From Octopus sinensis (taxonomy: Eukaryota): a stretch of 64,000 nt of DNA. A program made the position numbers and the translations under genes. Positions 52,306 through 64,000 of this stretch are shown one piece after another. The DNA lies in assembly GCF_006345805.1 (NCBI RefSeq), contig NC_042997.1, forward strand, positions 181,164,001-181,228,000. The letters are read 5' to 3'. Positions within the stretch are counted from its first letter, which is position 1. Every line of letters begins with the position of its first letter. Under the pieces are notes generated by a model. That model saw only the letters and a list, made by a program, of their open reading frames with translations. It was not told the origin of the DNA and ran no database searches.

Positions 52306-52506
52306 AGAGCTGGCAGAAACGTTAGCACACTGGGTGAAATGCGTAGCCGAGTTCAAATTCCGCCGAGGTCGACATTGCCTTTCCTCCTTTCGGGGTCGAT
52401 AAGTAATGTATCAGTTTCGCACTGGGGTCGATGTAATCGACTTAATCCCTTTGTCTGTCCTTGTTTGTCCCCTCTATGTTCAGCCCCTTGTGAGCAATAA
52501 AGAAAT
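52306..52506 (+). mobile_element. SINE family B (internal deletion)
   Basis: Homology to 11551-11790. Confidence 0.88.
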
Positions 52507-53319
52507 ATATAAGTCAATAGATCAGAGCTGACCTGGAAATATATTTTTCGTGTCAAGGGTGAAATAAGCCGTGTGAAGTCTTGTCCTCCCGATTGTTAAC
52601 TACAGAGAAATATAACTAGCATGAGAATAGAATAAAATGAATTATGTCAATTAGAGGACGAACCGGTGTCTTTAACTTGTCTCTCCAAGAACGATGCTAC
52701 AACATCACATATAAAAAGGTCGTTTCTGTCACCATGAATTTCTGGCCTACGTCTTCGTATCTTACTCTGCGATAACATGGGGAAATGTTTCTACCATATT
52801 TTTCTCTGGCATTGTGAATAGAGTTTGATTTTGAAACTTCAAAATAACAGGCGTGGCGAGAAAATATCAGTGTTCTCGACAGAGGAGGAAAACATGTCAA
52901 TCAATTAAAATTACATTCTACGTATTGAGAACATTTCTTGGCTGTGCGTCAGGTCGTCAAATGAATTCTAAAGAGTACCAACTACTCCGCAATAGTTTGT
53001 TCGCTCTATCTACTCGCTGTTTGTGCACTATTATAATATTCAAATATACGTTACTGCTTTGTTTGGAGGGAAAAAAAGGACAGTGTTCACCAGACTTTAT
53101 GTTTGAAGGCCTACGTGTCTGTTAAGAGGAAGAGAGAAATTTATCACCAAATCAGATATCTAATCGGTATGCTTGCAAAAGAATAACCTCTCCTGAAGAC
53201 GTCCCAGGACCGAGTGGAGATGTTGAACCAGTCGGAGTATTAAGTATAGCCCCCAAAAAAACTCAGAACCAGAACGATTACAGAACAGCATTTTTGTGCC
53301 GCTGAAATAATTCCGCAAA

Positions 53320-53440
53320 TTCACCACCATCGACTGGTACATTACTTTATCGATCTCAAAAAGATGAAAGGCAAAACCGACCTGGTTGGGATTTGAACTC
53401 AGAGCGTAACGGAACAGGAACAAATACTACAAAGATTTTA
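53320..53440 (-). mobile_element. SINE family B fragment
   Basis: ctggtacattactttatcgatctcaaaaagatgaaaggcaaaaccgacc…atttgaactcagagcgtaac. Confidence 0.7.
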
Positions 53441-54177
53441 GGATCCACACTCTAAAAATCTGCAAATTCGCTGCTTTGGTGGAAAATCAAATGTCAGTTC
53501 TATGACTGTCTTTATGCTAATCTACAAATAAAACGGTACATGTCGGGAATACTCAGTTTGTCATCAAATCTGTAGAGATTATGGTGTATATATACAACCT
53601 TAGCATTCAATTGATTCGAATTATGTTCAGCTCTACCGTATCATAAACTAGCATTAAAGTTTCAACTACCATCACCCCACCACACACACATACACATACG
53701 CATACACGCACACACATACGCACATACACACATATATACTCCCACACACACACACATACACACATACTCACACACACACACACAAGACCCATATCAACGT
53801 TTACACCAATTCATTTCAATTCAATCACCTGTATTAAGAGGAGGAGCTGGAGCAGAGGAAGAAGAAGAAGAAGAAGAAGAAGAAGAAGAAGAAGAAACCG
53901 TAAACAGAGACGTCAGAAAGATGTCATCGAAACGGACACAAAATGCTCTACAAGCTATTTTGGAGTATTTGGGCGCAGCTTTTTAATCGATATCCTTAAA
54001 AAAGATGCAAATACGACACTTCTCACAGGGTTTATGAACAAAGCATAGATAAAACAAGTACCAGTTGAACACTGGGGCCGACGTACGTAATAGACTCATG
54101 CCCACCACCTCAAAGCAGCCCTTGCGGCAAACATTCTAAATAATTATTACCGTTACTTCAACATCAACATCACAATA

Positions 54178-54372
54178 CCTATTTCTTTATTTCTTTATTA
54201 CCCACAAGGGGCTAAACATAGAGGGGACAAACAAGGACAGACAGAGGTATTAAGTCGATTACATCGACCCCAGTGCGTAACTGGTACTTAATTTATCGAC
54301 CCCGAAAGGATGAAGGCAAAGTTGACCACGGCGGAATTTGATCTCAGAACGTAGCAGCAGACGGAATACCGT
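54178..54372 (-). mobile_element. SINE family B (5'-truncated)
   Basis: Reverse-complement homology to 11551-11790. Confidence 0.88.
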
Positions 54373-54767
54373 TACCTTCACATTCACCAACAGCACAAAA
54401 CCTAACCCAGCAACACCATCACTCCTACCAACACCACCACCACCACCACCATCACTACCACCACCGCAGTCTCACAACCATCACTGTCACAACCATCAGC
54501 AACCACTACAGCTAATACCAAACATACCGCGCCTCACAACGTTTCTGTAGAAACGTGTATGGAGAAATGTGACAGTTGTTGTTTGCCCAAACAAATTAAG
54601 TTATAAAACTGTCTTGGCACGTTTACTTGAAAAGGAGGTTCCACAGCAAGTTTTAATTTAGATTATTTCTGAAGAGATACGTATAGAGACGGTTACACAA
54701 GCTAAGCATTCGTACATTTTTAAGTAGGCATACGCATATGTGCTGGCGTTTCTGTATATATATATAT

Positions 54768-54818
<51 letters not shown>

Positions 54819-55120
54819 TGTGTGTGTGTGTGTGTGCGTGTGTGTTTGTGTGTGTGTGTATACATATATATATGTACGTGTATATATATACTTACATATA
54901 TATATATTATATATATATATATATATACCACAGATTTAAAATATACCTATTCATATAGATGCATATATAGCTATATATGTGCGTATATATATATATAATA
55001 TATATTATATATATACATATAGATATGCACACACATGCGTACACATGGTATGTATCTGTATGTATAACAGCTACTGAGACGCATATGCAAATATGTATTC
55101 ACACACCACACACACATATA

Positions 55121-55171
<51 letters not shown>

Positions 55172-55298
55172 ATATATATATATGATGTTTCATATATATG
55201 TGTGTGTAAGTATGTTTGTTTGTATGTGTATATATTTATGCATATATGCGTATGCATGAATGTGGTGTATATATATATATACATATATATACATTATA

Positions 55299-55510
55299 GA
55301 GGCGCAATGGCCTATGGTTAGGGCAGCGGACTCGCGGTCGCAGGATCGCGGTTTCGATTCTCAGACCGGGCGTTGTGTGTGTTATTGAGCGAAAACACCT
55401 AAAAGCTCTACGAGGCTCCGCAGGGGGTTGGTTTCTCTGCTGTACTCTTCATCACCACAATGGCGGTGCCCCAGCATGGCCACAGCTCAAGAGCTGAAAC
55501 TGGAAAAACA
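55299..55510 (+). mobile_element. Chimeric SINE: family A tRNA head joined to CR1-like LINE tail
   Basis: 55299-55450 matches family A; 55460-55505 (atggcggtgccccagcatggccacagctc…gctgaaact) matches 49760-49800. Confidence 0.8.
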
Positions 55511-55949
55511 AAACAAAAACAAATATATATTATATATATACAGAACACACACCATGTAAATATGTAGGTAAATGTATTTTTCTGTATTATATGTGTTATA
55601 TGTGATATATACTCATACATATAGACACATATATAATGTATCCGTGTGCTAATGACTTTCGGTGTTCATATGTCTTGTGTTTGTAGTTTTTGAACTTTTA
55701 TGTATATACTTTAAACCGTCTGTTCTGAGTTTAGTTACTGAAACAAACATTAACTTTTTTATTGTAATACCTGTCTTGACTATTTACTATTTTACTCTAT
55801 TTTATGAGTGTGCAGGTATATGAATATACATAGGTGTATATATGTGTATATATGTTCATATGTGCATCTGAACATACGTAAGTCACTAATTTTTATTTTT
55901 TTCATTTTGGTTTCTACAAAAGTTTAGATATTTTAAGCGATGAGTCTTT

Positions 55950-56013
55950 AGTGACTTATATATATATATATATATATATCCATGCACGCTCATATACAAA
56001 CATATATATATAT

Positions 56014-56064
<51 letters not shown>

Positions 56065-56069
56065 ATATG

Positions 56070-56106
<37 letters not shown>

Positions 56107-56700
56107 CTGTATACATATATTACATATGTGTATATGTGTGTGTGTGCGTATGTATATATATGTATATGCAGGCTCATATACAAACATATATATATATTTA
56201 CATACAAGCATATATATACATAAATACATATATATATACATATATATATATGTAATATATGTATGTATATATACATAGAAGCATACATATACTTATATAC
56301 ATATATATATACATATATGTGTGTGTATTTTATGGCTTTATTGTGTAATAGATATATAAAGAAAATTTTATCAAAAGCTAACTTTATATCGAAAGAAATA
56401 TTGTTTGTGACATAACGTAATTAGCCGAAACTATCATCAAACTAGGAGTGGGTTGAAAAATTTTAGATAACATCTATCTGTTGCTTGTAAGTACATATGC
56501 ATGCATGCATGTATGTATGTATGTATGTATGTATGTATGTATGTATGTATGTATGTATGTATGTATGTATGTATGTGTTTAAGCATATAGATTAGTAAGT
56601 AGGGAGGTAGGAAAAAGTATGTATGAATGTATACATACACATATGTACATGTATTTATGCATGGATGTATGTTTGTATGTATGCATGTATGTATGTGTTT
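55950..56700. repeat. TA-rich and (TATG)n tracts
   Basis: Direct inspection. Confidence 0.85.
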
Positions 56701-56793
56701 ACGTATCTATACGCACATACGCATATAGATGTGATTTTTATTTATGACTATATCAAAACACAGAACGTTTATATATGTGTGATAATATATATA

Positions 56794-56830
<37 letters not shown>

Positions 56831-56879
56831 TGTAAAGAAATAAGATTCAATGATTTAGGTACTTAAGTTGAGGCACCCA

Positions 56880-57260
56880 CTCAGTCCAAATTATCTGCAG
56901 ACCTCGAACATAACTTCCCAGCAGCTAGAACTTAAAGTAAATCAAAACCTTCGATTCAGTAGCACTGTGTACAAACTCTTTACCTGGAATGACCAATTTT
57001 AAATACTACTGGAATTTACTCACAAGGTATTGGAATCTTATATGTATACCATTCTGCCTAAATAATGGATCTACAAGTGCAATATCCCTGCATATCTCAC
57101 ATCTATTTTCATTCCTCCACTTCAGTCTCTATTTCGTATCTTATCTAAATTAACTATTACTTAACCACTTTCTCACTCCGTCTCCGATGAAGGGATATAA
57201 TAAATATCCTGGAAACAGCTGTAAGGCCTATTTATAAATACTCTAAAATCTTCTCAGCCT
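56880..57260 (+). mobile_element. Penelope-like 3' end (GIY-YIG C-terminal remnant plus HHR)
   Basis: …KVLESYMYTILPK (cf. E..YI…P.LN), followed by a hammerhead. Confidence 0.55.
57180..57227 (+). ncRNA. Type I hammerhead ribozyme, U4C variant
   Basis: gtct-CCGATGA-a gggatat aataa atatcct g-GAAA-cagctg-TA-aggc; palindromic helix III ACAGCTGT. Confidence 0.7.
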
Positions 57261-57289
57261 TGGATTTTTATCTAATTCTGAAAAAAAAA

Positions 57290-57341
<52 letters not shown>

Positions 57342-57354
57342 TAATAATAATAAT

Positions 57355-57849
57355 AGTCATCATGTACATTGTTTTGCCTTGGTATAAAAGATGGGCTACA
57401 GCAAATATTCTGCTCAATACCACAGATTTGCTTGTCAGTTGTTTGACCTTAACCAGTTGAGCATGTCCCTTAGTGGCTGACAATACGTGCATCTCTGATC
57501 ACGAGCAGAAGTAGTGGGGGAGCATCATAGCCATGTGTTGAGAGGGATTCTTTGGAGTTTGAATAATTCACCTCTGGAAACATAGGTGTTTCGTTCAACA
57601 TCCTAAAGCAACCCTTATTCAGGGACCTTTTGAGCAGGATGGGCTACTCGACCTGAAGAAAATTCTAACTGGGCCCCACCTGCAAGGTCATGTGCTGTTT
57701 ATCTTGATATGAGATCACCATGTCGCGCACATATGGTTGTGATGCATGTGCCTGGTGTACCTTTATCAGACGGGTAGTCATGATGGGTATGCTGGGCTTC
57801 GTATATTTTACCCCAGTGTCACTTTGATGGATGCACTGCTCTCTCACTC

Positions 57850-57850
<1 letters not shown>
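57355..57850 (+). mobile_element. ~500-bp repeat flanked by (TAA)n on both sides (probable R4/Dong-type UTR)
   Basis: (TAA)n at 57292-57350 and 57851-58005; partial second copy at 38892-39112. Confidence 0.7.
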
Positions 57851-57927
<77 letters not shown>

Positions 57928-58085
57928 TAATAATAAAAATTAAAATAATAATAATAATAAAAATTAAAATAATAATAATAAAAAAATTAAAAAATAATAA
58001 TAATAATTTGAGGGAATATTATTATTCCAAACTTTCAGGGAAAAATTCAATTTAGAAATACTAAATCAAATTTCACAAAATATAA

Positions 58086-58410
58086 TATATATATAAATTA
58101 GAAAAAAACCACCTTTTATCAATTCAAAATGAAAAATTAAATTACACCATCTAGAAAATTACATATAATAGAAATATTAAATATAAGATAAAAAGATATA
58201 CTGATGATTAAGTAATGTGTAAAGTAATAAATAAAACGTATATATTTGGTATTTATATACGTTTTACTTATTATTTTGCACATTACTTAATCATCGGTAT
58301 ATTTTTTTATCTTATATTTAATATTTCTATTATATGTAATTTTCTAGATGGTGTAATTAAATTTTTCATTTTGAATTGATAAAAGGTATTTTTTTCTAAT
58401 TTATATATAT
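58086..58410. repeat. ~155-bp-arm foldback of a PLE-like terminus containing degenerate HHRs
   Basis: Arms ~58086-58244 and ~58254-58410; tata-CTGATGA…AAAA-cg-TA-tata at 58197-58244 plus its mirror copy. Confidence 0.85.
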
Positions 58411-59486
58411 ATATATATAAAGTACATATATACCTAGAAACGTCACACACACAAAATGCACTTAAATGCACATTGTGGAAAAAGCGAGAGATAGAGAGAT
58501 TATATAATGTTAGATAAGAATGCATTTCTATGATATTCATGGAAAATAGAAATAAAAATAACATCGGAATACATAGGTTAACTACAGATTAATTAAACCT
58601 CAAATTAAGTTATTCGTGTTTTGTACGTGCAAATTAATTGCCCGCTAGGACACTATATTTTGTTTTGGACCATAATATGCTACCAAGTATATTACACGTT
58701 TACGTTGCTTAAATACACATTATGTGTTCGTGGATAGTTGATGGGTTGGATGTGGTGCTATTGAAAGAGTAATAGCTCTTCAAATATGCATATACACATA
58801 TTACCTTTTTTTTCTATTTTCGATCGCATTGTCCACATAGACGCATTCGTTTACGAAACATCTTAACTTCCAGTGTTAGATCTGAATTCTATAGAAAATC
58901 TATATAGATAATCTTAAATGTGAAAATATCGCAATACTAACAGAAGCTGAGACACAATATTGATTTGTAAACCTATCATATACTTGGTTGTATATTATGG
59001 TTGCAAAACGGAATAATGTGTCCTTGCCAACGATTAACTCTCTCACATGAATGCGCGCATGCACGCACTCTATTATGTTATTCGCAACATGGCGGATCGA
59101 TATTTGGAGTAAAATTATTATCCACCTGTTTGCATTGCGTTTTCACTTATTTAAAACTATTTTATCCACTTAACATGTTAGTATTTGTATTTGTATAAAC
59201 TTACATAGGAGCATACACACATACATACAGAGTTATGTACATGTATGTATTGTGAAGATACATGCTGTAATGTTGAAATTGTTGAATGCATGATTAATAT
59301 GTTATGAGTTTGGTTCCCGGACCAGGCACTGAATTATGTCTTGGCAAATGTTCTTACTTTTATGTTGTTCCAGTCTATTTAGCTGAAAGTTATTGCCAGC
59401 TGATTGCTAAAGCAGCTATTTTCCCCTTCAACTGTCATATCATTGATGATCTGCTCAGGCCAGAGTAGGAGGATTGACAGTGTGTC

Positions 59487-59709
59487 TACGAGGGGGTGCT
59501 GAAAAGTTTCTGGCTTTGGGTAAAAGAAAATACAGGAAGATTAGTTCATTATGGTTTTATTTAATATATTCACCTCTCAGATTCACACACTTATTGCAGC
59601 GGCCCTTCAGTTTTTCTAAGCCCTGCAAAAGTACTCGGAAGGTTGGGCCTCCAACCAAGCATTTCGCAATATCCTTAAAACCAGAAATTTTCAGCATCCT
59701 ACCTCCGTA
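59487..59709. mobile_element. Mariner-type MITE
   Basis: TIRs tacgagggggtgctgaaaagtttctggcttt and aaaaccagaaattttcagcatcctacctccgta, with TA ends. Confidence 0.75.
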
Positions 59710-59788
59710 TGTCTGCTCGCGACTACATAGGCAATTTAAGCAACGGGCGAAAGCACTGAAGCAAGAATGTCATACTCACTTTGTGTGC

Positions 59789-59789
<1 letters not shown>

Positions 59790-59860
<71 letters not shown>

Positions 59861-59933
59861 GGTGGTGGTGGTGATGGTGGTGGTGGTGGTGGTGGTGGTA
59901 GTAGTAGTAGTTAGTAGTAGTAGTAGTAGTAGT
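59790..59933. repeat. (AGT)n/(GGT)n microsatellite
   Basis: Direct inspection. Confidence 0.95.
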
Positions 59934-60819
59934 AAAGTTGTTTTCAGATAATCACGTGGTATTAACAGTTAGCTCTCCATTCGAAATCGGCAGTCAGTAA
60001 ACGTAGCTATCAGAGTTGAATCGTAGATGTACCCATAATGTTCTGTTGATCTGAAGAGTTAGCTTTCTTTATTAGCATTAATTTGTGAATATAAAATTGT
60101 ATTGTATAATGCTGAACATACATATTGATGTAAACGTGTACGTATAATTTTGCATACTGAAATAAATAATATTACATAATAAAGCTTTTACGATAGCTCT
60201 AATCATGTGGAATTCATATCGGAAAAATTAAATCTATATATATTCACCTCTTTTACCTCCTTACTTGATGCTTTGTACGTGTGCACGTGTGTGTGCACGT
60301 GTGTGTGCACGCGTGTGTGCACGCGTGTGTGCACACGTGTGTACGCGTGTGTACGTGTGTGTGTACGTGTATTTATTTGTTCGTGTATGTGTTACGTGGC
60401 TCCTCAATAACTTAAATGACTACATATGCGGTCGAGTAAACCCTTATAAAAATTAGCCGCACTTAATTGCCAGTGATTCAATATTATTTGCTCAAGTAAG
60501 GAGCATTAGCGGGAGGAGATGATGTTACTGCCAGCTTGCAAGTATATCACCTGCTTCGTGTATAAAAATCACAGATAGTGTATAAAAGAGAGATCGGTTG
60601 ATAACAGTTTAAACTAGCAATTAACAACACAATAATTGCTATGGAAGCCATCAAACTTTGGTTTACTCTTTTTCTGCGTTGCAAGCTAATTACGTACAAC
60701 GAACTCGATATTCTGACAGAAAACAGGTGTCGACAAAATATATTTCCACGTAATTCCAGCACCTTCGACAGAACTTGATATTGTCTGCGTGTTTTCTCTA
60801 AACACAATGATTTTTTCGT

Positions 60820-61045
60820 TTTATCTTTTATCGTCTACTTGTTTCAGTGATTGGAACTGTGACCATGCTGGGGCAGCTTAAAGGCCTTTAGTCGAACAAA
60901 TCAACCTTAGTACATATTATTTTTATAAATCCTGGTACTTATCCTATCGGTTTCTTTTGCCGAACTGTTAAGTTATGGGGAGCTAATCAAAGCGGTTGTC
61001 AAGCGGTGATAGGCGACAGTCGCAAACACAAAGGCACCCACATAC
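60820..61045 (-). mobile_element. SINE family C 3' half (diverged)
   Basis: cttgtttcagtgattgg…gaccatgctggggca…cctttagtcgaacaaatc…ttttgccgaac motifs. Confidence 0.8.
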
Positions 61046-61254
61046 ATATATATATACTTATAAACAAATATACATATATGTGATCAAAAGCATTTCAAGC
61101 GAAAATATCCTTAAATTATCCAAAGCTACGGCTATCCCGAAACCACATAAACCAATATGTCTGTACTTTTACTAAGTCGATAAGACTAAATCTAACGGAT
61201 ATTATTTTGTTATAGAGACTCCCTTGTTGATATGATGCCTAATAATTCTTTCTA

Positions 61255-61420
61255 CTATAGACACAAGGCCTGGAATTTTTGTGGGTAAGAGCTTGTCGAT
61301 CACATCAACCCCAGCGCTCAGATGGGCATTTGAGACCAGAGCGATATTTGATATTATACCGGAAGAAATGCCGCTAAGCAATTTATCCGACGTGCAAACG
61401 GTTCTGCCAGCTCGTCGCCT
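61255..61420 (-). mobile_element. SINE family B relative (internally deleted)
   Basis: …gaaatgccgctaagcaatttatccgacgtgcaaacggttctgccagctcgtcgcctt. Confidence 0.75.
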
Positions 61421-61429
61421 TGACACGAT

Positions 61430-61650
61430 AGGGCAACCAGCTGGGAGAATCATTAGCACGCCGGGCAAAATGCTTACCAGTCTTTCATCCGTCTTTACGT
61501 TCTGAGTTCAAAATCTGCCGAGGTCGACTTTGTCTTTCACTCCCCCGGAGTCGATGAATATAAGTACCAGTCGAGTACTGGTATCAATGTGCTCGACTTA
61601 ATCCCTCACCCAAAATTGCTGGCCTTGTGCCAAAATTTGAAATCAATATT
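61430..61650 (+). mobile_element. SINE family B relative, head-to-head with the previous copy
   Basis: gggcaaccagctgg…gagttcaaaatctgccgaggtcgactttgtctttc…ggccttgtgccaaaatttgaaa. Confidence 0.8.
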
Positions 61651-62540
61651 TATGTTAGCAAAGGAGATCGGTTGTCATGATGTTCATAAGCTTACGAACG
61701 AAATGAGGAATGTTAATAGAATGAAACAGCATTGACTAAATTGAAGAAGAAAGTTGGTCTGTATCTACTGGCAGCTGCTCTAGAAAAATTAAATATTTTT
61801 TCCTATTCTTGCTATAAGTCTAAACATTTTGATTCTGAGAAATAGTTTATTTAATACAATTACAGTGCGATAAACATATATTTACTATTCAAATGCACTC
61901 AAACACATTTACTTCGTGTAAACATTATTTAGTGTCAAAATTTTTATCGCAACAACTGCGACCTGGTCACAAGCTCTGAAAATTATTTGATACCAAATAA
62001 TAAATGCTTATATGAAATGAATACATTTTGCATATTTTTCAGTGACTTTCATGCAGTAATCGTTTTAGTTCCAACGCATGATCTCAGATCAAACCACTCG
62101 CCAGGCAAGTACATCTCCAAAGTTCATTTAATATATTTTCAATAAATTAATGTAAGTGTGTGCTGCTGCATACCTGGTCCTTTCTTTGTAAGGCCTTGCC
62201 TCTTGAACAATGGGAATTAAAGTCGTGCTTATGCTAACTAATAGACACAATTCAATATCACAAGGAACTTAATCTGTAGTATTACCGCTTACACACACAT
62301 ATATATGCATATGAAAAGGTTAAACGAAAGCGCTTACATACTAGAAGAAAACTTCCTCCGGATTGGTTAGTGACATTGTCATAAAAGATTTCGTACCATT
62401 TTTTTAATTATCTATTTTTAAAATTACCTACACACTTCAAAATTGTATTAAGTAATTCTCATAGGCTTTCGTATATATATACATACACACGTACGCTTTA
62501 AAATACACACACATACACACATACATATATATATATATAT

Positions 62541-62850
62541 GGACGTGCAATAGCCCAGTGACTAGGGCAGCGGACTCGCGGTCGTAGGATCGCGGTTTCG
62601 ATTCCCAGACCGGGCGTTGTGTGTGTTTATTGAGCGAAAATACCTAAAGCTCCATGCGTCTCCGGCAGGGGTGGTGGTAACGCCTGTTGTACTCTTTCGC
62701 CCCAACTTTCTCTCACTCTCTCTTCCTGCTTCTTGAGTAACGCTGCGATGGACAGGCGTCCCGTCCACCTAGGGGGAACACATACGCCACAGAAACCGGA
62801 AAACCGGGCCCATGAGTCTGGCTAGGCTTGAAAAAGGGCGCATAAAATAA
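62541..62850 (+). mobile_element. tRNA-derived SINE family A
   Basis: Homologous to 2979-3292 and 15697-16008. Confidence 0.9.
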
Positions 62851-63849
62851 ATATATATATATATTTATATATATACACACACAAACAAGAATATATATGT
62901 TGATCTCATATATACGCGTCCTAGATAGTATTTGAACTCAGAAATAAAATAGCCGTAACGTACAATGCACGGCATTTTTCAACACTGTTACGAGTTTTCC
63001 AAATCACTATCCTTTGTATATTTCTAAATTATATAATTTATTCTCAAATCACCGTTTAAGCAATTTCATACGGAACGGTAAGAGTAAAATTTCAATTTTG
63101 TCATTCGTATTTTGTTATTCGGTATGTTTTAATTTAACACATGTTGATTTAGTAATTAAAATCTCCCAACCGAATAGAGTAGTTTATGCAGCCAGCAATA
63201 TTGTTTTCTCTTCGCTGATGAGTGGATGCTCACACAAAACCTGAGGTTTCATTGTTTGATAAGAAACATATATTTAAACATTTCATATGTATCTTTAATT
63301 ATACTTGAATGTGTATCTTCTATGAACATCTGATCAATATATATGTTCAAACCATTATTGATCTTTCTGCATCTCTGGTAGAGAACAGGATATATGTACA
63401 CCCACACACCCACACACATACAGGCACACACACACACACACATACATAAACGCACACACCCACACATATACACAGACACATACACAACATGCACACACAC
63501 AAACAAAAATACACACACACACACACAAACACACTCAAATACACACACATGCACGCACACATATATTCGCCTAGAAGTAGTAAGAAACTCTACATAGGAG
63601 TTGAGCAGTAGGTCTTCAGAGAAGCCCTCCCCACACCAACCATGCAAATGTTTCGGCCCTTAATTCTTTACACTCAAAGGAGGCCGGGCCGCATGCAGGT
63701 CTAACTCGTGGATAACCCTCTGCTACCACATTCAACCATTGTAACGCTGTAACGCACTGGAGGGTTAAGGTAACCCAGACTCTTGGTACCTTTGTGCAAT
63801 AACCAGCTCATTGGAAGACACCAGTTGATTGTAGGGTATACACAGCCTT

Positions 63850-64000
63850 TTGAAATTTCTTTCCATTCCTCATAGATCAGATGAAATTTGGAACTCAGTT
63901 GCACCTGCCATTGCCTTAAGAGCTCTGTTTCCCTTTCTCCCAGAAATTGAGAGCTGCTTTATGAGGTCATATACAGATTTTTTCATAAACCCTCTCGCAC
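63850..64000 (-). mobile_element. RLE-type LINE (HERO/NeSL-like) C-terminal remnant, continuing off the window
   Basis: Minus strand ARGFMKKSVYDLIKQLSISGRKGNRALKAMAGA (cf. VEVGARGF…LKAMAEAAE). Confidence 0.55.

Noticed and set aside
53188-53240. CTGAAGA…GAAC…GTC as a hammerhead
   Set aside because: A15.1 absent and helix I mismatched.
60640-60780. 45-codon ORF starting MEAIKLWFTLFL (signal-peptide-like)
   Set aside because: Short, no splice or homology support; expected by chance.

Overview
Repeat-dominated, AT-rich eukaryotic non-coding DNA, most likely from an octopus/coleoid cephalopod. That assignment is inferred from tRNA-derived SINE families resembling the octopus OR1/OR2 types and from very dense (TA)n/(TG)n/(TAGA)n/(TAA)n microsatellites. 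I can support no intact host protein-coding gene; nearly all listed ORFs are microsatellite or transposon-remnant artefacts. The window holds at least 5 SINE families, decayed Penelope-like (PLE), R4/Dong-like, CR1/Jockey-like, RTE, L1/Tx1-like and RLE-type LINE fragments, Tc1/mariner and pogo remnants, MITEs and Helitron-like pieces. The main finding is a set of about 15 type I hammerhead-ribozyme (HHR) motifs from about 9 distinct sequence families. The best case is a 1.94-kb, apparently non-coding, retrozyme-like element at 6781-8717. It consists of 2.4 near-identical tandem copies of a 563-nt HHR-bearing unit plus an inverted copy of exactly one unit + 13 nt, inserted in the (TA)n tract of a SINE. 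All structures were folded by eye; none was computed or tested.
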